Positions 1 to 9,481 of a stretch of DNA of 64,000 nucleotides are shown here, in pieces. This DNA is from Acidimicrobiales bacterium. Its GTDB lineage: Bacteria > Actinomycetota > Acidimicrobiia > Acidimicrobiales > DATDAH01. The notes under the pieces are model-generated. The model made no database searches. It was not told where the DNA came from and worked only from the letters and a program-made list of their open reading frames with translations. Location: positions 5,757-69,756 of the forward strand of contig JAYRVH010000054.1 of assembly GCA_041918615.1 (NCBI GenBank). Reading direction: 5' to 3'. Every line of letters begins with the position of its first letter. Positions within the stretch are counted from its first letter, which is position 1. The position numbers and the translations under genes were made by a program.

Positions 1-290
1 TCGACGTCCCGAGCACCGCATAGGCCACCACCGGCAGGAGCAGGGCGTAGAGCCCCGCGACCGGGGGGAGGCCCGCGACCTCGGCGAAACCCATGGCCGC
101 GGGGATGGCGAGCGCGGCCACGGTGAGCCCCGCCAGCGCGTCCCTGCCGAGGGTGGGCGCCCGGTACGTGCCGACATGGGCCAACACGGGAACAGTCCGG
201 TGCAGGAGTGAGGGCCGGTCCTGGGGAACGAACGGTGAGTCATCCTCGCCGTAGGCGACGGGCGGGCGGGAAGGCGGCTCCTCGCCGTCC

Positions 291-1133
291 TCAGGCGACA
301 TGGGCGGCATCGGGCGAGGCCGACACCGGCCCGTCGAGCGCGTCCAGGAACTCGAGGACCAGCCGGTTGAAGGTGCTGGCGTGTTCGAACATGAAGCCGT
401 GGGCGGCCCCCCGGACAACGGCCATGCGGGCGCCGGGGATGGCCGAGGCGAGCTCTTCGGAATCGCCGCGGGGGGTGAGGATGTCCTGGCTGCCGACCAG
501 CACGAGCGTGGGCGCGGTGATGCCCTTCAGCTCGAAGCGCAGGTCTTCGTCGGCATCGAGGATGGCGTGCACCTGCGCGACGAACGCATGAGGTGCGGCG
601 TTGAGGGCCAGGCCTCCGATGGGGCCGAGCAGCGGCCACACCCGTCGCAGCGATCGCGGCCCGAAGAGCCAGCGGGCGTTGCGCCTGACGAACTGGCCCA
701 TGCCCTCGGCCTCGGCGAGCGAGGCCCATTCGGAGAGCAGGTCGCGGCGCCATGGGTGCTGGCGACAGGCGGTGCAGGCCAGGATGAGCGAGCGCACCCG
801 GTGGGCGTGCAGGACACCGATCACCTGGCTGATGACGCCGCCCATCGATGCGCCCACCACGTGGGCCCGATCGACGCCGGCGTCGTCGAGCACGGCGACG
901 GCGTCGTTGGCCATGTCCAACAGGTCGTAGGGGCCCGGCGGCTTGTCCGAGTGGCCGACGCCGCGGTTGTCGAGGGCGATGCACCGGTAGCGGGCCCCGA
1001 GGGCCCGGCGTTGGAGGATCCAGCCCCGCTTGTCGGCGCCGAGGCCCTGGATCAGCAAGAGCGGCTCACCGTCGGGGTTGCCGAAGGCTTCGTAGTGGAT
1101 CCGGGTGCCGTCGTCGGCCCACGCGAAGGCCAT
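291..1133 (-). CDS. alpha/beta-fold hydrolase
   Basis: 280-aa ORF with ATG at 1133. Has PLLLIQGLG near the N-terminus, a GASMGG nucleophile elbow and a C-terminal AAHGF His region, as in alpha/beta hydrolases. Confidence 0.85.
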   Translation of the reverse strand: MAFAWADDGTRIHYEAFGNPDGEPLLLIQGLGADKRGWILQRRALGARYRCIALDNRGVGHSDKPPGPYDLLDMANDAVAVLDDAGVDRAHVVGASMGGVISQVIGVLHAHRVRSLILACTACRQHPWRRDLLSEWASLAEAEGMGQFVRRNARWLFGPRSLRRVWPLLGPIGGLALNAAPHAFVAQVHAILDADEDLRFELKGITAPTLVLVGSQDILTPRGDSEELASAIPGARMAVVRGAAHGFMFEHASTFNRLVLEFLDALDGPVSASPDAAHVA

Positions 1134-1136
1134 GGG

Positions 1137-1367
1137 TCAATCCTTGCGGCTTCGCCGGCCGAACAGGAAGCCGGCGGCGGCACCCAGCAGCGCCGTGCCC
1201 ACCAGCACCCAGATGAGGGCGATGTTCACGTCGAACAGCAGGAAGTCGATCGGCACCGTCTCGAGATTCGCCACGACGAAGGCGAGCAACAGCAACACGA
1301 TGATGGCGATGCCGATCGTCTGGCCGGAGATGCGGTTGCCTCCGCCCTTGGCGTCTTCGTGCTTCAT
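1137..1367 (-). CDS. small membrane protein (LapA/DUF1049-like)
   Basis: Internal ATG at 1367 (MKHEDAKGG...) with an AAGGAGG Shine-Dalgarno about 11 nt upstream. Two hydrophobic helices and a basic C-terminus (GRRSRKD). The longer 111-aa ORF N-terminus looks non-coding. Confidence 0.6.
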   Translation of the reverse strand: MKHEDAKGGGNRISGQTIGIAIIVLLLLAFVVANLETVPIDFLLFDVNIALIWVLVGTALLGAAAGFLFGRRSRKD

Positions 1368-1389
1368 CGACACGTGAGCCTCCTTCCGG

Positions 1390-1920
1390 TCAGGCGGCGA
1401 GCCGCTTGAGCTCCAGCGACGACACGATCTCGCCGATGCCGGCGACGATGGCCCCGAGGCCCAACACGACACCCACCACGGCCACGGTGGCGTCGGGCCA
1501 GGCGATGATGGCGATGCCGACGAGGGCCCCGATCACACCCACCACGAGCAGGGGCATCGTGGACTCGTCGTGATCCATGAGGGCCACGACGGCGCGGATG
1601 ACGCCCCGCAGCAGATAGCCGATGCCGGCGACCACGGCCACCACCTGCACGGTGACGTCGGGCCAGACCAGCAGCACGAGGCCCGAGATCACCGAGACGA
1701 TGGCCCAGCCGATGCCCACCTCCTGGCGCCGGGCACCGAAGAAGCCGCTGATGCCGCCGATGAGCAGGAAGAGCCCGGCGAACCAGGCCAGGGCGGCCAC
1801 GCTCTTGAACGGGCGGGTGATCAGGATGAGCCCCAAGGCGATGGAGGCGAGGCCCACGATCATCACCACCCACCAGAGCCTGGCCCCCACGCGCAGCTCG
1901 TCGTCACTCACCGGCTCCAT
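1390..1920 (-). CDS. HdeD/DUF308-family multi-pass membrane protein
   Basis: Start at MEPVSDDELRVG (ATG at 1920). About 176 aa of repeated hydrophobic helices (GIxxxxxG patterns) typical of DUF308. The upstream part of the 398-aa ORF is Arg/Pro-rich shadow sequence. Confidence 0.7.
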   Translation of the reverse strand: MEPVSDDELRVGARLWWVVMIVGLASIALGLILITRPFKSVAALAWFAGLFLLIGGISGFFGARRQEVGIGWAIVSVISGLVLLVWPDVTVQVVAVVAGIGYLLRGVIRAVVALMDHDESTMPLLVVGVIGALVGIAIIAWPDATVAVVGVVLGLGAIVAGIGEIVSSLELKRLAA

Positions 1921-2000
1921 GTGCTCCCCCTCGGTCGGCGGCCGATCCGGCCACCAGCCAACGTAGCCCAGCGCCTGGCTCGTGGCGCGACCCCGGTGGC

Positions 2001-4553
2001 TTACCGCTCCAGGCCGATGCCCAGGAGGGACCCGCCATCGGGAGCCCCCTCGTGGAGCCGCTCCAGGTCGTGGTCGAGCAGCCACGACTGCAGGTTGGCG
2101 CCCGGGATCGGCCTGCTGAACAGGAATCCCTGCGCCGAGCCGCACGTCATGCGCGCGAGCGCGCGGGCGGACGCGGCGGTCTCGACTCCCTCGGCCACGA
2201 CGTCGAGGGCGAGGTTCCCCGCCAGGTCGATGATGGCGCTGACGATGGTCTCGGCGGTGCGGTCCACGGTCATCGAGGCGATGAACGACTGATCGATCTT
2301 GAGGGTGTCGACCGCAAGGGTCGTCAGGTACGAGAGCGACGAGTGACCGGTGCCGAAGTCGTCGATCGCGATTCGCGCGCCGAGGTCCCTGAGGCGTGCC
2401 ATCACCGCCGCCGCCCGAGCGGGGTTGGCCATCAGCGTCGTCTCGGTGAGCTCGATCTCGAGCGCCGATGCGGGCAGCCCGTGTTCGTCGAGCATGGCGC
2501 CGACGCTCTCGACCAGGTCGTCCTCGACGAGGTTGCGGGCCGACAGGTTCACCGACACACGGAGTGGCCGGCCGTCCCGGTGCCACGTCGCAGCGTCGGC
2601 AATGGCCATCGCCAGCACTCGCCGGGTGAGGGGGTGGATGAGGTCGGTCCGTTCGGCGACTGGGATGAACTCGCCCGGCGGCACGTCGCCCCGCCCGGGC
2701 TGGTGCCAGCGCACGAGTGCCTCCACGCCGATGACCCGGCCGGTCGCGAGCTCGACCTGGGGCTGGTAGTGGAGCACCAGCTCGTCGTCCTCGATGGCCT
2801 GTCGCAGGCGGCCGACCACCGCGAGCCGCTTGGGGCTGTAGTGGTCGAGGTCGGCGGCGTACACCGCGACGCCACCGTGGTCGGCTTTGGCGGCGTACAT
2901 GGCGACGTCGGCCCGGCGGAGCAGCCCCGACGCGTCCACGGGATGGTCACCGGGCACCGCCACGCCGATGCTGGCGTCCACGTCCACCGCGATCCCGGCG
3001 ACGGTGAACGGGCGACGCACCTGGGTGAGCACCTCGGCGGCTCGCTGGGCGGCCGCGGTCCCGCTGGCGGCGGACACCAACAGCGCGAACTCGTCCCCGC
3101 CGAGACGCGCCAGCAGCTCGTCGTCGGACAACGACGGACCGAGGCGCCGGCCCATCTCGACGAGCAGTGCGTCGCCGCTCGCGTGACCGAGCGTGTCGTT
3201 GACCTCCTTGAACCGGTCGAGGTCCATGAGGAGCACCGCCACCGGGTCGCGGGCGCCGAGCATCTCTTCGAGGCGGCGGAGGAACAGGGTGCGGTTCGCC
3301 AGACCGGTGAGCGGGTCGTGGGTGGCGAGGAACTCGTTGCCGGCCGACTCGGTGCGGAGGCGGTCGACCAATCCGACGTTGCGCAGGGAGACGGCCGCAT
3401 GGGAGCAGAGCGTGCTGAAGAGCCTCGCGTCCTCGGCGTCGAACCCTCTCGTCGCGCCACTCCTGTCCGCGACCCCGACGAACACCCGCCGACCGTCGCC
3501 CACCTCGAGGCACTCGACGAGCGCCTCCGAGATGCCGCACTCGGCCATCTCGGGCAGCAGCTGGTCATTCGGCCCAAATCGTCGGACGCCCTCCTGGTCG
3601 GAGGCCGACAGGACGTGGTCGAAGCGAGAAGGGGGATCGAGCGCAACCCGCCCGTCAGTGGTCCGGTAGGCGAGCTTGGGGGCGTCGGGCGCTTCGGGCG
3701 ACCAGACCCACGCCGTCTCGGCGTGCAGGACGTCGGCGATGTGCGGGAGCAGGCTCCGCTCGACGTCGCCCGCCACGACAGCGGCGCCGAGGTCACGGGC
3801 GAAGCGATCCAGGCGCTCCATCGCATGGTGCCGGGCGACGACCCGCGCGTAGGCGCGGGTGAGGCCCACCACGAACACCGCGATCGGCACGGCCAGCCAC
3901 ACTTCCGGCGAGTCGTTCCGCAACCCGCTGGCGACGGTCAGGGCCAGGGAGACATCCACCACGGCGACCACCATGGGCACCCAGATGCTGACGAGCTGCG
4001 ACGACTCCCATGCACCCTCGAACAGGCTGATCGCCGTCGTCACCACGAGCGCGCCCAGCAGGTCGGCGACCGCCACCGCCAGCGCCGCCGCGAGCCACGC
4101 TCGGGGCCCCAGCGAATCAGGCACGCCGATGGCGTGGAACACGAGCCCGGCCGCGACGACCTCGAGGGCGTGAGACGCCAGGTTCACGACCAGCTTGAGG
4201 GGATCCTGGCGGTGAACGAAGACCAGGACGGTCGCCGACGCCAGCACCCGCACCACCACGAGGATCGGGACGGGTAGGAACAACAGGCCGAGCACCAGCG
4301 GGACCGAGGTGAACGCGAAATTGTGCGACTCGCGCCGCAGTTCGATCTCCGCCTCGAAGTACTCGCCGGCGACATAGAGGATCCCCACCAGGATGGCGAG
4401 CCCCCACCAGACACCGCCCGGGTCGGCCCGTGACCCGATCTGCAGGGCGAGCAGCGAGGCGAGAAGCAGGACGAGCCCAGCGCAGAAGGTCAGGACCCGT
4501 CGCTCTCCCTGATCGTCGGTGAGTGCAGCGGTGATGGTGTTCTCGGTGCTCAT
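2001..4553 (-). CDS. membrane-anchored diguanylate cyclase/phosphodiesterase (GGDEF-EAL)
   Basis: 850 aa. N-terminal multi-helix membrane domain. GGDEF domain (THDPLTGLANR ... RLGGDEFALL ... RADVAMYAAK) followed by an EAL domain (EALVRW, ELTE, DDFGTGHSSLSYL, KIDQSF, EGVET). Confidence 0.92.
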   Translation of the reverse strand: MSTENTITAALTDDQGERRVLTFCAGLVLLLASLLALQIGSRADPGGVWWGLAILVGILYVAGEYFEAEIELRRESHNFAFTSVPLVLGLLFLPVPILVVVRVLASATVLVFVHRQDPLKLVVNLASHALEVVAAGLVFHAIGVPDSLGPRAWLAAALAVAVADLLGALVVTTAISLFEGAWESSQLVSIWVPMVVAVVDVSLALTVASGLRNDSPEVWLAVPIAVFVVGLTRAYARVVARHHAMERLDRFARDLGAAVVAGDVERSLLPHIADVLHAETAWVWSPEAPDAPKLAYRTTDGRVALDPPSRFDHVLSASDQEGVRRFGPNDQLLPEMAECGISEALVECLEVGDGRRVFVGVADRSGATRGFDAEDARLFSTLCSHAAVSLRNVGLVDRLRTESAGNEFLATHDPLTGLANRTLFLRRLEEMLGARDPVAVLLMDLDRFKEVNDTLGHASGDALLVEMGRRLGPSLSDDELLARLGGDEFALLVSAASGTAAAQRAAEVLTQVRRPFTVAGIAVDVDASIGVAVPGDHPVDASGLLRRADVAMYAAKADHGGVAVYAADLDHYSPKRLAVVGRLRQAIEDDELVLHYQPQVELATGRVIGVEALVRWHQPGRGDVPPGEFIPVAERTDLIHPLTRRVLAMAIADAATWHRDGRPLRVSVNLSARNLVEDDLVESVGAMLDEHGLPASALEIELTETTLMANPARAAAVMARLRDLGARIAIDDFGTGHSSLSYLTTLAVDTLKIDQSFIASMTVDRTAETIVSAIIDLAGNLALDVVAEGVETAASARALARMTCGSAQGFLFSRPIPGANLQSWLLDHDLERLHEGAPDGGSLLGIGLER

Positions 4554-4633
4554 GGCCGCCTCGTTCAGACCGCGTCAGCCGGGCGACGCGAAGCCTGGGG
4601 GGGCAGCGACCAGCCGGCGGGCCCGGGCGGCCA

Positions 4634-6160
4634 TCAGGCCCACGCGCCGTCTCGCCAGGTGCGGCCTCGCCAGGTCGAGCGGAGCCAGACGTCGGCCCGC
4701 CACGTCCGTCCCGACCAGAGCTCCGAGCGCCAGGTCCGGCCGAGGAACATCGAGCCGTAGGTGCCGTCCGCCGCCCAGTCGGAGCCCGTCCAGAGACTGC
4801 CGTTCCAGCTGCCTCCGTCCCACGTCGCGCCTGCGGCCGCCCGGGGTGCCCACACCGACGGGATCCAGGGTGCGCCCTGGAGGTCGACCTCGCCCTGAAG
4901 GACGGTGCCGTCGTCGGCCACGAGGTGGCTCCCGCCGCGCGCCGCCTCGAGCGAGCCCATGCCGGTGGACACGGGGAAGGACTGCGTGGGCAGGTTGCGG
5001 ACCTTGGCATCGAGCGCCTCCTTGACGTCGACCATCCCGCTCCCCTGGGAGGACGCCGCGGAATCTTCGAGGGGGCGGGCCGTCGAGGTGATCAGCGCCT
5101 TCACCTGGTTCGGGGTCAGGTCCGGGCGCACACTGAGAAGCTGCGCCACGGCCCCCGACACGACCGCGGCCGCCTGTGAGGTTCCGGAGCCCTTGAAGAG
5201 CGTGCCGTCGACCACCGCGTCCGGGTGCTCGAGATCGATGGTCGAGCCGGGATCGCGCAACCCCAGGAGCGACACGCCCGGAGCGACGACGTCGACCCCG
5301 CGGGCCGGGGTCCCGACCGACGAGAACACAGCCACCATGTCGTCGCTCTTCCGGGTGGGGTCGGCCGTGTCGGCCGCACCCACGGTCAGGACGTAGGGGT
5401 CGACGGCCGGGTTGGCGAGCGCACCACCCGAGTTCCCGGCGGCGACCACAACGACGATCCCGTTGTGCCAGGCCGACTCCACGGCGTGGGCGAGGGGGTC
5501 GACCTGGTAGTCCTGGGCGGACTCCGTGCCGGCCGACAGGTTGAGCACCCGGATGTTCATCCCGGGGTCGCGGCGATGCTGCACCGCCCAGTCGATCGCG
5601 GCGATCATCTGGGACACGTCGACCGCCCCGTCGGACGCCCCGACCTTGAGGTTGACCAGTCGTGCACCCGGAGCCATGCCACCCGAGCCGGCGATGAGAC
5701 TCGCCATGTGCGTGCCGTGCCCGTAGGCGTCGAGCCCCGGTGTCACCCCGGACTGGTGGTCGAGGGACAGGTCCGGTCCGTTCACCACCTGGGTCGAGCT
5801 GTCGAGACCCGGCACCGGCGCGATACCGGTGTCGACGAGGGCCACGTCAACTCCGGCGCCGGTCGCGCCGTTTTCCGCCGCCTTGTCGGACCTGATGATC
5901 GAGCGGACCTCGGTCCTCAGGGTGGCTCGGGTCGTGTTGAGCGCGTCGAACTCGTCATCGTCCCATCCCGTGTGCCGACCGGAGCCATGGTCGCCCGAAT
6001 GCGCCTGGGCCGCGCCCGGCTCGACGATGCCCCAGGCACCCACCGCCAGCGCTCCCACGACACCGACCACCGCCGCCCGTCGTAGCCGCCAGCGCCAGGA
6101 CTGCGTGCCGCGCGCCCGCCTCGTGTCGCTCGTCATCGTCTGCTCCCTCGTATCGGTCAC
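4634..6160 (-). CDS. secreted S8 (subtilisin-like) serine peptidase with Trp-rich C-terminal repeats
   Basis: 508 aa. Arg-rich signal region, catalytic triad motifs (VALVDTGI, HGTHMASLIAG, GTSQAAAVVSGA). The C-terminal approx 70 aa contain repeated W-x(2-5)-W motifs. An alternative start is at 6136. Confidence 0.9.
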   Translation of the reverse strand: MTDTREQTMTSDTRRARGTQSWRWRLRRAAVVGVVGALAVGAWGIVEPGAAQAHSGDHGSGRHTGWDDDEFDALNTTRATLRTEVRSIIRSDKAAENGATGAGVDVALVDTGIAPVPGLDSSTQVVNGPDLSLDHQSGVTPGLDAYGHGTHMASLIAGSGGMAPGARLVNLKVGASDGAVDVSQMIAAIDWAVQHRRDPGMNIRVLNLSAGTESAQDYQVDPLAHAVESAWHNGIVVVVAAGNSGGALANPAVDPYVLTVGAADTADPTRKSDDMVAVFSSVGTPARGVDVVAPGVSLLGLRDPGSTIDLEHPDAVVDGTLFKGSGTSQAAAVVSGAVAQLLSVRPDLTPNQVKALITSTARPLEDSAASSQGSGMVDVKEALDAKVRNLPTQSFPVSTGMGSLEAARGGSHLVADDGTVLQGEVDLQGAPWIPSVWAPRAAAGATWDGGSWNGSLWTGSDWAADGTYGSMFLGRTWRSELWSGRTWRADVWLRSTWRGRTWRDGAWA

Positions 6161-6250
6161 TGAGGGAGACGGTAGATCACTCTCTGTGGCTATTCAACCA
6201 CGTAGAGTGGATAGGGCCGAACGACCTACGCGAGCGGTCGATGGGCTCAC

Positions 6251-6862
6251 TCAGGCCCCGTCGAGGAGGGACTGCACCACCAGGCGGGTGTGCTCGGCGA
6301 GGTCGGCGACGGCCAGGGGGCCGGGGTGGACGGCGGGCTGCACCGGCTCACCGATGACCACGCGCCAGCGACGGCCGAGCTCGCGGCCGAGCACCGCCAC
6401 AGGGACCACGGGCGCGCCGGTCTCGACCACCGGCGCCAGCACCTCGGGGTGCAGACCGCCGGCGTGGTGCCGCCGGCGGGGCTCGACGGACAGGCCGATG
6501 CCCACCATCTCCCCTGCCCGCAGCAGCCCGGCGATCTCGTCGGGCCGGTCGAGGACCGCACCCAGCCGACGGAGGGCAGGCCCCACGGGTGCGACGTCGG
6601 GCACCCCGACGAAACGCACGTGGCGACCGGCCACCCGGCGCATCGCCTCGGCCACGATCCACGGCTCCGAGAGCCCGAACCGTCGGTTCATCACCAGCGC
6701 CACCGGCCCATCGGGTAGGTCGAGCCGGCCGGTGACGTCGATGTCCCAGCGCAGACGCGCCGCCGGGGCGAGCAGGGCCACGAGGTCGGTGTCGAGCCCC
6801 CACGGGTCGACCGGGAACGTGCCGGCGGCCCGGCGGCGCAGGAGGTCGGGGGCAGAGGCCAT
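6251..6862 (-). CDS. PlsC-like acyltransferase-fold protein, canonical motifs not evident
   Basis: Start at MASAPDLL (ATG at 6862) overlaps the upstream TGA by 1 nt (TGATG). General layout resembles lysophospholipid acyltransferases, but NRRFGLSEP stands where NHxxxxD is expected. Confidence 0.45.
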   Translation of the reverse strand: MASAPDLLRRRAAGTFPVDPWGLDTDLVALLAPAARLRWDIDVTGRLDLPDGPVALVMNRRFGLSEPWIVAEAMRRVAGRHVRFVGVPDVAPVGPALRRLGAVLDRPDEIAGLLRAGEMVGIGLSVEPRRRHHAGGLHPEVLAPVVETGAPVVPVAVLGRELGRRWRVVIGEPVQPAVHPGPLAVADLAEHTRLVVQSLLDGA

Positions 6863-7833
6863 CACGCCACCGCTTCGGTCGTGTCGCCGAAGGAGACGTA
6901 GGTGACGCCCGCCCATTCGAACAGGTCCTTCACCACATCGGCGGTGTCCCAACGGGGCGAGACGCCGAGCACCTGGCGGGAGAGCGAACCGTCGGCGGTA
7001 CGGCCGCGGATCAGCAGCTCGCGGAGGTGGTCGGGCAGCGGTGAGCCCGCCATCTCGGCCACCACCTTGGCCAGGGCCCAGGCCGGCCCGGCGACCGGCA
7101 GCGGGATGCGACCCCCGAGGCGGACGGCCTGGCCGGCGGTGACGGCGCCGTCACCCACCACGTTCAGGGGCCCGTCGTGGGCGCTGAAGGCCGCCGCCAC
7201 GATGGCCTCGGCGGCATCTTCCTGGTGTAGCAACGAGAACGGCAGACCGGACGTGGCGCTCACCGGCACCACAGGAAGCCGCAGGTAGCGGCCGAGGGGA
7301 CTCGGGAAGTGCGGGCCGAGCACCGGCGCGAGTCGCAGCGCCGTGACAGGGACAGCCGCAGCGTCGCCGGCCACGCCCGCCACCCGCTCGGCGTGCAGGA
7401 GCGACCGGCCGAACGGGCTGGTGGGGTCGGGCGGCACCGACTCGTCGGGGCGGGTGGCCGACCCACGACCCCGGCCGTAGACCTCGATCCCGGACCGCAA
7501 GACGATCGTCTCGAGGCTGCGGCACTCGGCGGCGGCACCGAGCACGGCGATCGTGCCTTCCTCGGTGCGCTCGACCGCGGCGCGCGGCGAGCACCGGGCG
7601 TTCGGCTCGTAGGTGCCCACGTGGACGACGGTGGTGGGCTCGAATTCCCGGACCAGGGGCACGACCCGGGCCCGGTCGCGGGGATCGACCCGGTGGAAGT
7701 GGGTGCGCTCGAGGAAGCGCCGGGGCGGCTCGACGTCGAGCCCGATGATCGCCTCGACCTCGGGGCGGCCCTCGAGCAGCAACGCCACCCGCGTGCCCAG
7801 CTCTCCCCCGAGCCCCGTCACCAGAACCCTCAT
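6862..7833 (-). CDS. NAD-dependent epimerase/dehydratase family protein
   Basis: Start at [16 protein letters not shown] (Rossmann GxxGxxG). The ATG at 7833 overlaps the lysS stop (ATGA). 323 aa. Confidence 0.8.
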   Translation of the reverse strand: MRVLVTGLGGELGTRVALLLEGRPEVEAIIGLDVEPPRRFLERTHFHRVDPRDRARVVPLVREFEPTTVVHVGTYEPNARCSPRAAVERTEEGTIAVLGAAAECRSLETIVLRSGIEVYGRGRGSATRPDESVPPDPTSPFGRSLLHAERVAGVAGDAAAVPVTALRLAPVLGPHFPSPLGRYLRLPVVPVSATSGLPFSLLHQEDAAEAIVAAAFSAHDGPLNVVGDGAVTAGQAVRLGGRIPLPVAGPAWALAKVVAEMAGSPLPDHLRELLIRGRTADGSLSRQVLGVSPRWDTADVVKDLFEWAGVTYVSFGDTTEAVA

Positions 7834-9242
7834 GCTCCCACCTCCGGTCGCAGCGTCGGAAAGGCCACGACGTCTCGAATCGTGGCGATGTCGCCCAAGA
7901 GCATGACCAGGCGGTCCATGCCGATGCCAAGCCCGCCCGTGGGGGGAAGCCCGTACTCGAGCGCCCGCACGTAGTCCTCGTCGATCACCGCGGCGGCCTC
8001 CTCGTCGCCCGCCGCGGCCTTGGCCGCCTGGTCCTCGAAGCGGGCCCGTTGCTCGGTCGGGTCGACCAGCTCGCTGAAGGCGTTGCACAGCTCTCGGCCC
8101 GCGACGATTCCCTCGAAGCGCTCGACCATGTCGGGCAGCTCGCGATGGTCGCGGGACAGGGGCGACACCTCGCGGGGGTAGTCCATGACGAACACCGGGC
8201 CCCACAGCCGATGCTCGGTGGTCTTCTCGTAGATCTCGAGCACCAACTTGCCGGGGCCCCAGTCGTCCTCGACGACGACGCCGTGCTCGAGGGCGATCCG
8301 GCGCAGGTCGTCGGTCGGCATCCGCACGTCGACCCGGATGCCGGCGGTCTCTTCCACCAGGTCGGTGAGCGAGGCCCGGCGCCAGGGAACCGTCAGGTCG
8401 AGCTCGCGCCCGCCGTAGGACAGCTTCGTGCCACCGCACAGCTCGGTGGCCAGGTGCGCGACGAGTGCCTCGGTGAGGCTCATCATGTCGCCGTAGTCGC
8501 CGTAGGCCTGGTAGAGCTCGAGCATCGTGAACTCGGGCTGGTGCCGCGGTGAGAGACCCTCGTTGCGGAACACCCTGGCGATCTCGAACACCCGCTCGAA
8601 CCCGCCCACCACCAGGCGCTTCAGGTAGAGCTCGGGGGCGATGCGGAGGAAGAGGTCGACGTCAAGGGCGTTGTGGTGGGTGACGAACGGCTTGGCCGCC
8701 GCCCCCCCGGCGATGGGGTGGAACACCGGGGTCTCGATCTCGATGAAGTCCCGGCCCTCGAGCCACCGCCGGGTGAGCGACATGACGCGGCTGCGGAGCA
8801 CGACGGCGGATCGGGCCTCGTCGGTGACCCAGAAATCCACGTACCGCTGCCGGTAGCGGGTGTCGGGGTCGGTGAGCCCGTGCCACTTGTCGGGGAACGG
8901 CCGTTCCGTCCGCGCGAGCGTGACCCACTGGTCGACCCGCACCGACAGCTCGCCGCGGCGCGTCGTCATCACCTCGCCGGTGACGCCGACCCAGTCGCCG
9001 AGCGACAACGAGCCGAAGCCGTCGAAGTCGGGGGTGGAGGCCGACGGGGCGAACAGTTGGATCCGGCCGCTGCCGTCCTGGAGCGTGCCGAACGCGAGCT
9101 TGCCCTGCACCCGGCGCAGCATGAGTCGCCCGGCCACGGTGACGACCCGCCCCGTCTCGGTGCCGGGCTCGAGCGCGCCGAACTCGTCCTGGAGCGCGGC
9201 GGCTGACGAGTCGGGCTCGTAGCGATAGGGGATGTCAGTCAC
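7830..9242 (-). CDS. lysS: lysine--tRNA ligase (class II)
   Basis: 470 aa, GTG start at 9242. OB-fold anticodon-binding N-domain plus class II core motifs ([32 protein letters not shown]). Confidence 0.95.
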   Translation of the reverse strand: MTDIPYRYEPDSSAAALQDEFGALEPGTETGRVVTVAGRLMLRRVQGKLAFGTLQDGSGRIQLFAPSASTPDFDGFGSLSLGDWVGVTGEVMTTRRGELSVRVDQWVTLARTERPFPDKWHGLTDPDTRYRQRYVDFWVTDEARSAVVLRSRVMSLTRRWLEGRDFIEIETPVFHPIAGGAAAKPFVTHHNALDVDLFLRIAPELYLKRLVVGGFERVFEIARVFRNEGLSPRHQPEFTMLELYQAYGDYGDMMSLTEALVAHLATELCGGTKLSYGGRELDLTVPWRRASLTDLVEETAGIRVDVRMPTDDLRRIALEHGVVVEDDWGPGKLVLEIYEKTTEHRLWGPVFVMDYPREVSPLSRDHRELPDMVERFEGIVAGRELCNAFSELVDPTEQRARFEDQAAKAAAGDEEAAAVIDEDYVRALEYGLPPTGGLGIGMDRLVMLLGDIATIRDVVAFPTLRPEVGA

Positions 9243-9481
9243 GAGCGAACTTCATCACACCGGGCACGGCGAGCGAGGGACGAGCGAGCCATGACCATCG
9301 CGCTGAGCGCCAGCGAAGAGCCGACAACCGCGATGAGCGCCAGCGAAGAGCCGACAACCGCGATGAGCGCCAGCGAAGAGCCGACAACCGCGATGAGCGC
9401 CAGCGAAGAGCCGACAACGAGGGACGAGCGAGCCATGACCATCGCGATGAGCGCCAGCGAAGAGCCAGAAGGAGGCGCCAT
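9239..9481 (-). CDS. putative repeat-encoded hydrophobic small protein (80 aa)
   Basis: The ATG at 9481 overlaps the coaX TGA (TGATG). Its TGA (9241-9239) overlaps the lysS GTG (GTGA). Product is [23 protein letters not shown]([10 protein letters not shown])x3[27 protein letters not shown]. This frame has the highest third-position G+C within the repeat unit (8/10 versus 6/10 and 5/10). Confidence 0.35.
   Translation of the reverse strand: MAPPSGSSLALIAMVMARSSLVVGSSLALIAVVGSSLALIAVVGSSLALIAVVGSSLALSAMVMARSSLARRARCDEVRS
9277..9466. repeat. composite tandem repeat (24-bp unit A, 30-bp unit B; order A-B-B-B-B-A-B')
   Basis: Unit A, gggacgagcgagccatgaccatcg, lies at 9277-9300 and 9421-9444. Unit B, cg(c/a)tgagcgccagcgaagagccgacaac(c/g)(g/a), occurs four times at 9301-9420, with a partial fifth copy at 9445-9466. 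Confidence 0.95.

Noticed and set aside
300-1409. 369-aa plus-strand ORF antisense to the alpha/beta hydrolase and the LapA-like gene
   Set aside because: Its composition is Gly/Arg/Asp/His-rich and low-complexity, with no recognisable motifs. It is fully overlapped by two well-supported minus-strand genes, which is typical of a high-GC shadow ORF.
2052-4277. 741-aa plus-strand ORF antisense to the GGDEF-EAL gene
   Set aside because: It is a shadow ORF. It is Arg/Gly/His-rich with no domain signatures, whereas the opposite strand carries unambiguous GGDEF and EAL motifs.
9277-9466. Possible CRISPR array
   Set aside because: The 30-bp units are directly contiguous with no unique spacers, and no cas genes are nearby. 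It is a simple or composite tandem repeat.
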